Origin: the human T2T-CHM13v2.0 reference genome, Homo sapiens
Reading direction: 5' to 3' (one strand)
Assembly: GCF_009914755.1 (NCBI RefSeq)
Contig: NC_060927.1
DNA: 64,000 nucleotides
Notes under the pieces: generated by a model
Database searches by the model: none
What the model saw: the letters and a program-made list of their open reading frames with translations, nothing else
What the model was told of the DNA's origin: nothing
Shown here: positions 18,432 to 31,677 of the stretch, piece after piece
How the letters are laid out: the number at the start of each line of letters is the position of its first letter
Numbering within the stretch: the stretch's first letter is position 1
Translations under genes and position numbers: made by a program

Positions 18432-18765
18432 TATAGTAAACCAGAATCAGTAGTTTCAATTTGTAGAGGTCTACGTTTATTAAGAGATAATAACTAGTCA
18501 TACAGTGTACTGACAGACCACCTGGCTATCTGGAAATAAGAAATGCTGATATAAATACAGACCCAGGTTCCCAGCATTCACTGAATCACCAATAAGCATC
18601 ATGGGCTTGCATCTCTGAGGTCTGCTGGCTCAACTGTGCATTAGGCAGGCTTGTGGAGTAAATGAGAATTCTCGGGCCATGCCATTATAATATGATAATA
18701 ATGAATTATCACCTACCTAGAATGTTGCTGCAATTTAGTTCTAAACTTTATACTTAATGATTTTG

Positions 18766-19835
18766 TTTCGGGGGACCTGCCCCGGAAAATCACGTAGGTT
18801 CTTTTCTATTTTCCTAAGCGTCGGCTGGCTTGAGAAATAAAAGGACAGAGTACAAAAGAGAGAAATTTTAAAGCTGGGTGTCCAGGGGAGACATCACACG
18901 TTGGTAGGATCCGTGATGCCCCACAAGCCACAAAAACCAGCAAGTTTTTATTAGGGATTTTCAAAAGGGGAGGGAATGTGTGAATAGGTGTGGGTGACAG
19001 ACATCAAGTACTTAACAGAGTAATAGAATATCATAAGGCAAGTGGAGGCAGGGCGAGATCACAGGACCACAGGACCGATGTGAAATTAAAATTGCTAATG
19101 AAGTTTCGGGCACCATTGTCATTGATAACATCTTATCAGGAGACGGGGTTTTGAGATCAACCGTCTGACCAAAATTTATTAGGTGGGAATTTCCTCTTCC
19201 TAATAAGCCTGGGAGCGCTATGGGAGACTGGAGACTATCTCACCTCTGCAATCTCGACCATAAGAGACAGGTACGCCCCTGGGGGGCCAGTTCAGAGACC
19301 TACCCCCAGGTGCGCATTCTCTTTCTCAGGGACGTTCCATGCTGAGAAAAAGAATTCAGTGATATTTCTCCCATTTGCTTTTGAAAGAAGAGAAATATGG
19401 CTCTGTTCTGCCCGGCTCACCGGCGGCCAGAGTTTAAGGTTATCTCTCATATTCCCTGAACAATTGCTGTTATCCTGTTCTTTTTTCAAGGTGCCCACAT
19501 TTCATATTGCTCAAACACACATGCTGTACAATTTGTGCAGTTAATGCAATTATTACAGGGTCCTGAGGTGACATACATCCTTCTCGGCTGACAGGACTAA
19601 GAGACTAAAGTAAAGACAGGCATAGGAAATCACAAGGGTATTGATTGGGGAAGTGAGAAGTGTCCATGAACTCTTCGCAATTTATGTTTAGAGATTGCAG
19701 TAAAGACAGGCATAAGAAATTACAAAAGTATTAATTTGGGGAACTAATAAATGTCCATAAAATCTTCACAATCCACGTTCTTCTGTCATGGCTTCAGCCG
19801 GTCCCTCCGTTTGGGGTCCCTGACTTCCCGCAACA
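18766..19835 (-). mobile_element. Solo LTR, MER11C-like (HERV-K11/HML-8)
   Basis: Minus strand begins TGTTGCGGGAAGTCAGGGACCCC and ends CCCCCGAAA; 1070 bp; internal gtaaagacaggcata repeat; near-TSD ATTTT(G/A) at 18760-18765 and 19836-19841; minus-strand AATAAA at 18947-18952. Confidence 0.9.
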
Positions 19836-21338
19836 ATTTTATCTCTAGAATCAACCTGGGCTAAAGCAGGAAGATAAAAAGATGTATTTCAAAAACCTGT
19901 TAGTGTTATGTGTTGTTTTAATAGAATGTTGTCTTGAGGAACACATGATGTTGCAAATAATTCCCAGGTTTAGAAAGAACCGGACCCTAATGACAATGGG
20001 TGTTAGTGCCACGAGGAGAGGATCAGAGAATATCCTTCCGCTTTGGGTGGGTTTTATGGAAGGCAGCTGAGGACATGGACGTATGCTATAAAGTGCCACC
20101 TCTTCAGAAAATCTTCTCTCGTCAGTGTAACCTTCTTAAAACTTCCTTTTTATGACCTTATCATACTCCACATTGCATTAGAGTTATTTGCACTCATCTT
20201 TTCTCATAAGCTTATTAAGACAGTGACCTTCTTGTAATTCACCTCTGGAGCCCTCACTGAGCCTAAATACCATGTGCATAAATACCATGTGCATAGTAGA
20301 TACTTGCTGAAATGTGGAATAAACAAGCTGAATTTAATTTAACAAATTGCATTAGGTCAATTATAAAATATTCATTAATTATCTAATAGGTACAGTAAAG
20401 ATGGATAACTATTTTAATATTTCTTAAGAAATAATTAAAGTTATTAGGTATAAAGGGAAATTTAAAGAGAATTATTGAGTGTGGTATTAAAATGAAAGTA
20501 AAGGAGAGAAAAAATGTGTTCCTGTGTCCACTATGAAGAAATATCATCTCTAGGAACTAAATGATCTATATTGCATGTGAAAAACTGTGAAAAAAAAGTA
20601 TAACATCCTAAATAAGTGATTAGGAGGTTGCTCACGTTAATCATGAACCCTCAAATATTAGATGGGTTACCTACTGGAACTGCAAATCTATGATTTTTAA
20701 AAAATCATCTCTTAAAAAAATTAGGAAAGGTAAGCACACAAATTTTTATCTTCCCTGTTTAGTATATTTGATTCCATAAAACTGTCACAAAAAATCAATG
20801 CACCCATACAAATCTTAAGCATTGAATTTCTTCAAACACTTTACATCAAGTCTATTATGCAGACTTATACAAACAGGTACATTGACAATTCTAGTAACAT
20901 TGCACAAGAGTGGGGGTTATACTGCTTAAAAAATGAATATAACTGGAGGTAGAAAAGAAATGCTAAAATCAGTTTGTACCAACAGATTACTTAATAGCAT
21001 ATGTACTGACAAGATATCTATGATGTAATTGATACATATCTACCAAATATTAAGCCTGTTCAATTGCTGCTGGACACATTTCATATTTAACAAGCATTAA
21101 TGGCTGTTAAAAAACATACCAACTTAGGATTCAAATTTGTCCAGACTTAGCCTTGCATAAATTTCCTTCTTTTCTCAAGAGTATAATCTGGTATTTATTC
21201 ACTGATAACAAATAAATATATTTTATGTAATCCGCACCAGTTATCTATACTCATATTTATACATTGCAGAGGCTGGGAGCAGTGTAACTGGATGGGTAAG
21301 AGAAATCTATTTGTTTCTTAAGAAAGAACAGTTAGATA

Positions 21339-21554
21339 AGTGGTCCCAAGTGAAGGCAATCTGTGCCCCTAGATGACACTGACAATATCTGGAGACATTT
21401 TTTGGTTGTCACAACTAGGGAGGGGGTGTTGCTATTGGTTTCTAGTAGGGAGAGGCCAGGGGTGTTGCTAAACATCCTACAATGCCGTGGACAGCCCCCA
21501 ATCACAAAGATGTATCTTATCCAAAATGTTGACAGGATCGAGGTTGAAATACCC
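21339..21554 (+). mobile_element. MER20 (hAT-Charlie DNA transposon)
   Basis: tctggagacatttttggttgtcacaact...gaggccagggg...gctaaacatcctacaatgc...gaggttgaaa motifs. Confidence 0.85.
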
Positions 21555-24500
21555 AGATATAGATGTCTGTCTCTTGGTTTACACATCCAGAAGCATAGGA
21601 CAAACATCTAAAGTGCAGTAGTGTGTTTTCATAGGCTTATGCTTTTTAATTTATACCTACTTAATTGTCAGCAGCAAAGTTCATGACAAAGGCACAGCAA
21701 TGAGGCCTAGTGAGGCTCTGGTTGTAAGTCGATAGTTAATGATTATAAGTTAGTAGTTAATCATGCCCCTTTTGTTGTTTTACTTTAGTTTCATAATCGT
21801 AAAATGATGTAATCATTTCATAACACCCAGGATAGGTAAAGGAGAATCATTTGGAGAAAAATTGATTTTTTTTAAGAAAATTAGTCTTTGTTCATCAGAA
21901 AACTTTTTCATTGACCTTTATTATTTTTCACATTTGTGAATCTCCCTCTTTTGTAAGATATGGAAAGATTCAAGATGTGGATGGGAAGGATGTCTTCAAG
22001 AATGTTATTTTGATGCTGTTTGCCTTGTAACTTCAATCCTACAAATAAAACCCTTAGTGAATCAGCAAAACTATCATAGAATCATTTCACTCTAGAAGGA
22101 AAGATAATTGGTCTGGGAAGTGATGCTATATATTCCCAGCATTAAAATGTGGAATCAGAAAAATTCTAAGCAGAGAATGGAATAAAGCATGAAAATATCC
22201 CAGATTCTCCTGAGTCAGAAGTCCTTAGTCTGGTTTTATAACATTATTTTAAGTATAATGAATTCCAACAACTATGCAAACACATCAAAAAAATAAATAC
22301 CAAGTTAGTTAAAAACCAAATTTAAGGAATTTTAAATCATCAATCATTTTGAAGCATCTTTGCTTCATTACCATTTTCTAAGATTAGACTCAATTAGAAA
22401 TAAAAAAAGAACTGTGGGAATTCACTGCTGACACTCAGGAGCCCTGTTAGCCTTTGCTGCAACTAAAAGCTTCAGCTCCTTACCTTCCTTGCTCCTAGCT
22501 TTAGTTCTTTTCACACCTGACCTCTGGTTGGACCCCTGTCTGCTATCTTGGTGTCATTCTCTTGCTCTTGTGCATGTCTGTTCTCCTCATCTTCATTCCC
22601 TTGACCCAGACCCTAATCTTAGTTTGGTAATGGTTGACTTCTCTGGATTCATACCAAATTGTAGACCAGTTAACACTATGACAGCATCTACATGATCAGA
22701 TTATCTCCCCTCACCCTTGCTTCTTTGCACACATTCATATACAAATGGCTACATGCACACACAGAAGTAGAAATGGATGTTCAGGGCAGGGTAAGAACAC
22801 CGAGGTAGTAGAACACAGAGGTGGTAAACCCACAGGAACTGAATTCATGTAAATATATTACCACATGATTCAGAAATCTGTGTACTGTGTACTGCTGATG
22901 GAGTGCTAGTGTAAAAAACAAACAGTTTAGATCCTGAAGAGGCTCATTTTAGTTCTGGCCTTGCAGCCTATTTACTATTGGAACACAGATAAGTCTTTTA
23001 ACTTTTCTGAATCTTAGTTTCTTCTTAAGTAAAATGGGGCTAACGATACCTGTTCAACCTCTTAGAACCATTCTCAGCATAGTTCTTTAAATCAAATGAG
23101 GTGACGTACATAGAAACATTTCATAAAACAAAGCAATATATATGCTTATATTCATAGTCTCTCATTGTAAAGGATAGTAGATAAAAAGAAAACAGTCATA
23201 TAAGAGAGATAACTAAAGGAAAAACATTGATTTCTCTAATCACATTCAAAAAGTTAACCTCTTTATATTTTGCAGTGTGATGAAACCCACTAAACATGTA
23301 TTATTACCCAGACTCTCAGATCAATCATGTATTTCTCTAAATGCTCAACTTTTATTAGTTATTCACATGTGCTCTACTGTGAAAGCACCCTTTCTGTGAT
23401 TAGGCTACCACTTATTACAATGATCATCACCTGAAAGTGCAAAAGTTCACATGGCAAATGGCAAAACCCAGACAAGCTGCGCAATTTCTGGAGCAATGAA
23501 AAGGCCTCCATAGACATGCTTTTTGTCTCTTACTATCACTAAAGAACACCTTGTCCAGTCATATATGCATTGTTATATATGATACATGCATGACTACATT
23601 TCAGAATCATCTTTTTGAAGAAGCACAGATGCATATCCATGCAGATGGTAGAGGTTAAGAGAAGAGTGGATGGAAAAGAAACAGGACCACCCAATTAAGT
23701 CCTGAATGTGTCTCAACAAACTCCCTTCCGGCACCATCTGTATTCCTATTGTTGTCACATCAACTGTGCCATCTCTACATTCACATAGAAGAAATAAATG
23801 GGAAAAAATAAGACACAAATTCTAAAAAGAGATAAGTATTGAGACTGAGACCAGGAGAGAACCGATTTCTATCCCAGTCACAGCTGGAGTTAGAGTCAAT
23901 CCCAGGAACATTTATTAGTGATTGGAAAGAGCTCTTCTAGGATCTTTCCAAGAGTCTGGATCACGTCAGAAAAATAAATCATTCTCTTCTTAATCACATC
24001 TCAACTCAAAATTCTTCCTTATTTTGTAAGTGGTGAAGTGGAAAAGTTATGGGTTCAGTAGTTTAGTAGCTTTAGGCAAGTTACTTAGCAGAGAAAGGCA
24101 GCGTGGTGGGGTGGCGATAGGTTTAGGCTACAAAGCCAATTTTCTGCTCTAAATTCTAGCTTCATCACATACTTGCTCTGTGGTTTTGGGACATTTGTTT
24201 ATCCTCTCTGTGCATGTGTTTCCTAAGCTATAAAACGAAGATGATCATAGTATCTACCTTGTTTGGCACTCGTAATGTTTAAAAGGGTTTTAAAAAAACA
24301 TATAGAGCAATGCCTGGATCTAATGTGTCCAATATTTTCGAAGAGCTTCAGGGTTTTTCTTCTGCAACACAGGAGTAGTAGGTACTTCCTCAGATTGTTG
24401 TAACTATTAAACAGGATATATTTGGAGTACACAGTGAGCTCTGGAAGATCCTGATACATTTTTATTTCCATATCCTTCCATAATTCAAATCTTGGTCATT

Positions 24501-25826
24501 CATTATATAGAAAACCCATTTTTGGGATCAATCCAGCAACTCCCAGATATTGTGGCTCAATCCAATCTTTGCTTATTAATAGGCATTTTCAGGGAAACCC
24601 CCTTTTAGGGGCTTGAGCTGTCTTGCATCTGATAGCCCCTTGGTCCCCTCTGGTTAGCAATTGGCCTCTTCTAGCCCACAGAATTTAAATCAAGAGCAGG
24701 ATGATGCAGCATGGTTATAGTGCAATGGTGTAAATTGAGGCTCTAATGCCATCTCTGGAACACTTTTAAAGGATTTTTGGGATACCTGTGCATAGGCAGC
24801 ATAGGACTTAATTGTCTCACCACTTTCAACCAGATCCACTTAGTTTCATAAAGGGCAGAACTCATACATGGCTGTCTCTCTAGGATAGCTGAAATAGAGG
24901 CCCATGCTGTGCTTTGTGATCCCCTGAGATCTGCTGGCTGAATTGGAGTTCCACCTGAATTGGATGAAGCATACCCTATGCTTTGAGGACTCTCAGGTTG
25001 CAACAACAAGGCCTATTCTGTCTCCTCAGTGACTGAGTGGCAATTATACGCTCACTAAACTAGCAAGAATCTACAACTTTTTTCTCTCCTTTGAACTAGA
25101 AATTCTCCTCTTTCCTCCGTATACAGTTGAGAGAGGATGAGAAACAACTTTAAATTTTGCTTTTGTTTTGATTCTCCCTATGAGCCTTTGTTCTCTGTGA
25201 AAAATACCTCTCATTTGGAAAGAGAAAAAACTGCCTTTGGTTGTACCTTTGAAACAGTAAAATTAGTCTTGGAATTCTGGCTCAGATTTGTAGTTAAAAA
25301 CTTCACTCACTATGCAATTAAAAACAATTCCACAGCTATTTGAAGAAAATTGTGATACTTCTGCATCATTACAGATACCAAAAGCATTGCTAAGTTCTAG
25401 ATGGAAAAAAAATATGGTCTTTTCCATGTAGGGTTTATTCTTTATCTCATTCCAGCAGTAGGGAGAAAGAAATGCTCGCAATAAACCACAATCCACAATG
25501 CACTTAGGATGAGCATTCTGATGTATAAGGCATGGCTGTAAAGTTAGAAGACTGTTTTCCACAAGGCTCACTTGAAAACCCAGCCCCTTACTTTATAGTC
25601 TTGTCATATATGCCATTATGTAAATGTTATCATTGGAGCAGAACCACATTATAATATGACTCATCATTACATTACATGCATTGAGACATAATTCAGATCA
25701 AATTATGCCAAGACATGACAATTAATAGATACAACATGTATGCTATAACGAAGTTAACACATAATAAGTATGTAAGCCCATGAGTAAATAAGTAAGTAAT
25801 GAGACTGTCTTCAGGACTACCATTAG

Positions 25827-26266
<440 letters not shown>

Positions 26267-26402
26267 TAGGGGACTCCAGTAGCTGCAAACTGAAGGAGAT
26301 ATAATCAAACAGATCTATCACAGGCAAAGGAAATGTAGTGGTCTCCTCTCCCAGATGACAAGAAGCCAGTAGATCACGATGGATGCGTATAAATCACAAG
26401 GA

Positions 26403-26710
26403 GCCCGGGCGCAGTGGCTCACGTCTGTAATCCCAGCACTTTGGGAGGCCGAGGCAGGAGGATCACCTGAGATCAGGAGTTCAAGACCAGCTTGACCAAC
26501 AGGGAGAAACCCCATCTCTAGTTAAAAATTCAAAATTAGCCGGGCGTGGTGGCGCATGCCTGTAATCCCAGCTACTCAGGAGGCTGAGGCAGGGGAATCA
26601 CTTGAACCCAGGAGGCTGTGGTTGCAGTAAGCCAAGATTGCGCCATTGCAGCCTTGGCAACAAGAGCAAAACTCCGTCTCAAAAATAAATAAATACATAA
26701 ATAAATATAA
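26403..26710 (+). mobile_element. AluSp-like with (TAAA)n tail
   Basis: gaccaacagggagaaaccc and caacaagagc diagnostics; TSD ATAAATCACAAGGA at 26389-26402 and 26711-26724. Confidence 0.9.
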
Positions 26711-28261
26711 ATAAATCACAAGGACACTTCTCAAATGGAGAATTATAATCATAAGAATTTTTTTATGACTTCCATGTTTGCTTTTCCATCACACACTTTC
26801 CCCCACCTCACCTCCTATTTTTTTCTATTTCCAGAATTATTTTCTTCAGCTTTGTCTTCCAAAGGACAATGGTGTGAGGAGGACTTCATCCTTGTGTAAC
26901 ACCCTGTGTGTGTGTTTTTCTTCTTTCTCTCACCAAAGCATTTTTTTTTCCTCCCTTTTGCTGGAGGCCTGTCTCTTTCTCTTGAACAGATCAACAATCA
27001 GGTCGTAAATGGGAGTTGGAGCCGGATGATCAAAAAGAACTTTAGAAAAATGGGAATAAAAGCAAGAGCTGATGAGTTTGAAATGAAAGCCCATCTGGGA
27101 GAGCTCTTCTAATGAACTCAGCCTACTCAAACTGTACAAAGAAAGCTGAAGAATGATTGCAGCTGCAATCTCCAACCTACATAAAGCACTAACGCTGGTA
27201 AGGTGATGAAAGTGAAGGGAGGTAACTGGTATCTGGATTTGGAAGAGAGAAGTCAAAGGCCATCACCCCCTTGTACTACTGCATTCACCATGTAAGTTCC
27301 TTCGGAAATTTCACAGCCAATCTGAATTAAAGAGACAGCTGCAGATGCTTCAGGATGAAGGTCACACTCTGAATTCTACGAAGAGCCCTATGATTCAAAA
27401 GTACCATCTCTTTAGCCTCAGAGCAGTTGTATACCACCTTCTCACTTGCTCTGTCCCTGGGCTAGTATGGCTTTGAAATTATGTTAAAGAAGAGGCATTT
27501 TCCCTCACAAAGACTCCCAAAATATGACTATTAAGTGAAAGAACAGGTAGAGGGAGGGAAAGAGCTGAATCTAAGTGGAGATTAATAAAGTGTTGTTTTG
27601 AAATTGTTCCTTTATTTTTCCTGGGTTAATTATCGCCATTTAGTCACGACTTCCTGACACAGCACCAGAAATTTTGTTGAAATCTTAATATTCTGCAGGA
27701 AACTGACCTGACTACCAGCAGGAATTATATTGACTAATTAATAATGTCCAGTCTCCCTCAAGGATAAGTCACCTCTGTCTGGCTCTATCATGGCCACTCT
27801 TAGAATGATGGTGATGGTCCACTGATTGTCACATCCAATGAATTTATCTGAAGTATTTGTCCTATGTAACCTCTTCAAAGCTTTCAGCGCCAGTCACCAC
27901 CCAGTTTTCATTTTCTTGTTTCTCTTCCTAACTCTCTCACAATTTCTCAATTTCCATAATTGTCTCCTCTTTCTCCATGCACACTTTTATACATTGTTTT
28001 TCTCCAGGATTGTACTTTTCTCCTGATCTCACAGAGCACTCCTAATACAGTGTTGGTTTTATTTACATTTAATATAATTGAAATCTGAAATGGTATACTC
28101 AGCTGCTCCATGTAGATATTTGAGGGTACCTCAAATTCAACATGTCCTGAGCTGAAACTCATCATCTTCCACTTTACTTTGGTTCTTCTTCTAAATTCCC
28201 TGTTATCAGTTAATGGAACTCTAATTCATCTATAAATTTAAGCTAGTATCCACAGAATTAT

Positions 28262-28565
28262 TATTTTTGGGGGGGTGGGGGGTGGGGTACAGAGTCTCAC
28301 TCTGTTGCTCAGGCTGGCTTGCAATGGCACAATCTTGGCTCACTGTAACCTCTGCCTCCCAGGTTCAAGCAATCCTCCCAGCTCAGTCTCCTGAGTAGCT
28401 GGGAATACAGGTGCATGCCACCACACCTGGCTAATTTTTGCATTTTTAGGAGACACGGTTTCAACATGTTGGCTAGGCTGGTCTCAAACTCCTGACCTCA
28501 AGTGATCTGCTTGCCTCAGCCTCCCAAAGTGCTGGGATTACAAACGTAAGCCACCACCCCCAGCC
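28262..28565 (-). mobile_element. Alu (Jb/Sx-like) with an atypical G-run tail, inside an L2 remnant
   Basis: Alu body 28289-28565, preceded by G7TG6TG4. Flanks show L2 motifs (acctcaaattcaacatgtcc...aaactcatcatcttcc). Confidence 0.85.
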
Positions 28566-29599
28566 AAAGTTATTCTTATTTCCTTCTTTTTCTTCATGTG
28601 TCTTATGTAGTCATATATTATTTTACATTTTTTCTAATTTTTAAAAAATTATTTAAACAAATTTTTAGCACACACCACCTTTGTTATTCTCATAAATTGA
28701 CCTCTACTCTCCATCGTCACTTCCACTGCCTTTGTTCAGTGCCTTGTCATTTGTTACCAGCATCACTACGTAGATTTCCAACTGGTGTTTTGGTCTGCGA
28801 TATTGTATCCCCTTACCCACAGCTATTCCATCTGTCTTTCATAGTGAACAGAATGTACATACATAAAGTTGATCATGTACTCATCTTATTTAAATGTTCG
28901 TGGTCTTTTTACCTGTAAAAATCCAAATAGATTAGTAAAACATCAGTTCACTTAACCTAGCTTTCCAACCCCGATCTCTTGACATTACACTCCTTTTGCT
29001 ATGAATTTTATGCTTTATTCAGACTTCAATCTCACCCTTTCTAGATCTGGTTTTTCCTTTTTATTTAAAATGTCTTGTTTGGCAAGCTCCTGCTTACTAT
29101 ACAAAATCTATCTCAGATGTGCCCTTCTCTGTGATTCATTCTCTCCAATTTCCCTAGTTGATTCTCAGCTTATGCTAGCATTTTAAGTCTTTGTTTTTCT
29201 GCTTTTCATCACTATTTTAAGAGTGGGCCCAAACCATGTCTTCTCAACTTTTGCATCTCTATTGCCTATCAAAGTTCCTTACACAAAGAAGTTTCTAGAT
29301 AATTACTCAATGGATGAATGAATACATGGGAGTCTTTTGCCTCTCATCTCACATTTATAAGAGTGTCCCCACTCTGATGTACCTTGAAGGTGGAAGAAAC
29401 TTACTATTCCAAGTGGTGTTGAAAGCGGAGAAGTTGTGACAGGACAAGAAGTGTTTTTCTAATCTAAACCAGGTATCTTATTTCCCTATATTTGCTTCTA
29501 TCATTTTCTCTACTCCTCTAGGTCTAGAAAAATGATGATATCTATGATACATCTACGTTATACTATAATAGATATGTGAAACTAAATTTTTTGTCACTC

Positions 29600-29880
29600 T
29601 TTTAAATTGTTTTAAATTGACATGTAATAATTGTGCATATTCATTACATGTGATGTTTCAATACATATAATGTATAGTGATCAGATCAGGGCAATCAACA
29701 TATACATCATCTCAAACATTTGTCATTTCTTTGTGTTGAGAAGGTTCAATAACCTACTTTTAGCTATTTGAAATTATATATTATTGTTAACTCTAGTCAT
29801 CCTATCTTGGTACAGAATGCATTAGAACTTATTTCCCTTATCTAGCTGTAGTTTTGTATTCTTTAACAAATCTCTTATCA
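29600..29880 (-). mobile_element. L1MA-type 3' end fragment
   Basis: aattgacatgtaataattgtgcatatt...gatcagatcaggg...catcatctcaaacattt motifs. Confidence 0.7.
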
Positions 29881-30567
29881 TCCAAACAGTAAATTAAAAA
29901 ATAAATACAATATGCAGGGGAAACTGCATAACTCAAATTCTAAAAATATGCTTAAGAGTGAAAACAAAAACTGATTTCGAATATATTGATGCCCTTTCTG
30001 TATTTGGTAGACTTAAATATGAACATTTGTATTATCTTTTGTTAGTGTCTCTTGACTTAGAGGCTTATATTTAAGGATCCCAATAAATATTTTTTAATCC
30101 ATACTCAATGTCATACTGAGGACTAACCACCTATGAGTTTATAGAGGGATTGTGATTAGATCATAATCAGTTTTCTCACTGATCTATTGAAGCAGGTTAA
30201 TTTGGTCTCACAGAACTTTAAAATTTTTTCTTTCTCTACTTCATTTCACTGTGAAATTAGCAATTATTTTTTCCTGTAAGGTAATAATATGATCAAGAAG
30301 AAAAACAGGAAGGCTGATAAAGAGATATGTACAGTAGAATTTTCTCCACTGATCCTTTGTCTGGAAGGCAACTAAAATTTAGGCAGTCCAGATTCTTTCA
30401 GTCAACAGGAGGCACTGTAGTTATTCAGATAAAACTATGTTTCATTCCTTAATTTTGGTAAATACCATCCTATATTTATTTTCTTGGATTATTATAAAAC
30501 ACAATCTCAGAATTCTGTATATCACATCTGAATCTGCAATCTGAATTAAGCAAAAGAAAAAACTTAG

Positions 30568-31034
30568 AATGAGATTAATTTTATTTGTCTAACTGACTGG
30601 GCTAAGTGGTGCTTAGACAGTTGTTTAAACATTATTCCTGGATGTGTCTGTGAGGGTGTTTCTGGATGAGATTAACATTTGAATTGGTAGACTGAGAAAG
30701 CAGATTGATCTTCCCAAATGTGGGTAGGCCTCACCTAATCCATTGAAGGCCTGAATAGAATAAAAGGCTAAGTAAGAAAGAATTATCTCTCATTACCTGC
30801 CTTCAAGCTAGGACATTAGTTTTCTCCTGCCTTCACACTTGGACTTGGACTGAAATTACTTTCACACTATCAGCTTTCCTGAGTCTTCAGCTTATTGGCT
30901 GTAGATTTTGAGACTTCTCAGCTTCCATAATCATGTGAGCCATTTTAAAATTTTATCTATCTATCTATCTATCTGTCTGTCTGTCTGTCTATCTTCTATG
31001 GGTTTTGTTTCTCTGAAGAAATCAGACTAATACA
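30568..31034 (+). mobile_element. MLT2 (ERVL) solo LTR containing a (TATC)n(TGTC)n microsatellite at about 30954-30992
   Basis: gactgggctaag...gtgtctgtgagggtgtttctggatgagattaacatttgaattggtagactg...gactaataca. Confidence 0.85.
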
Positions 31035-31369
31035 GTAAGTTTTAACAAAATATTTTAAGTAAGCTGAGCTTAGCTCAATCAAATGAATAATAATACATTA
31101 TTGTCTTTTATACCTTGCTCTTTATCACACTCTAAGAAGATATTTCTTAAAGTCCTTATTCTCTTATCCTCAATCACAGTATTACCCACCCCCCCAAAAA
31201 AAACTTTACTAAAGGAAGTTGCTGCTGTAGCTCATCAACATATGTCCTTATATTTAAAGAATATTGGTGTGTATAGCTTTAGTCAGAGGTGGATTATCTA
31301 GTTTCTTTACTATATTAATCATTGTATTCTGTCCTGAGACTAGAATATACTGATATAATAGACAGTGTA

Positions 31370-31677
31370 GACTGGGCACAGTGGCTCACACCTATAATCC
31401 CAGCATTTTGGGAGGCCCAGGTGGGCAGATCACTTGAGGCCAGGAATTTGAGACCAGCCTGGGCAACATGGCAAAACCCCTGTCTGTACTAAAAATACAA
31501 AAATTAGCCAGGCATAGTGTCACATGATTATAGTCCCTGATACTTAGAGATTGAGATACAGAATCGCTTGAACCTGGGAGGCAGAGGTTGCAGTGAGCTG
31601 AGATTATGCCACTGCACTCCAGCCTGGGTGACAGAGTGAGACTCCTTCTCAAAAAAAAAAAAAAAAAAAAAAAAGAA
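31370..31677 (+). mobile_element. AluS
   Basis: Dimer plus long poly-A; TSD AGACAGTGTA. Confidence 0.88.

Noticed and set aside
19600-19775. Imperfect ~90-bp direct repeat (gtaaagacaggcata...)
   Set aside because: An intrinsic feature of MER11 LTRs, not specific to this locus.
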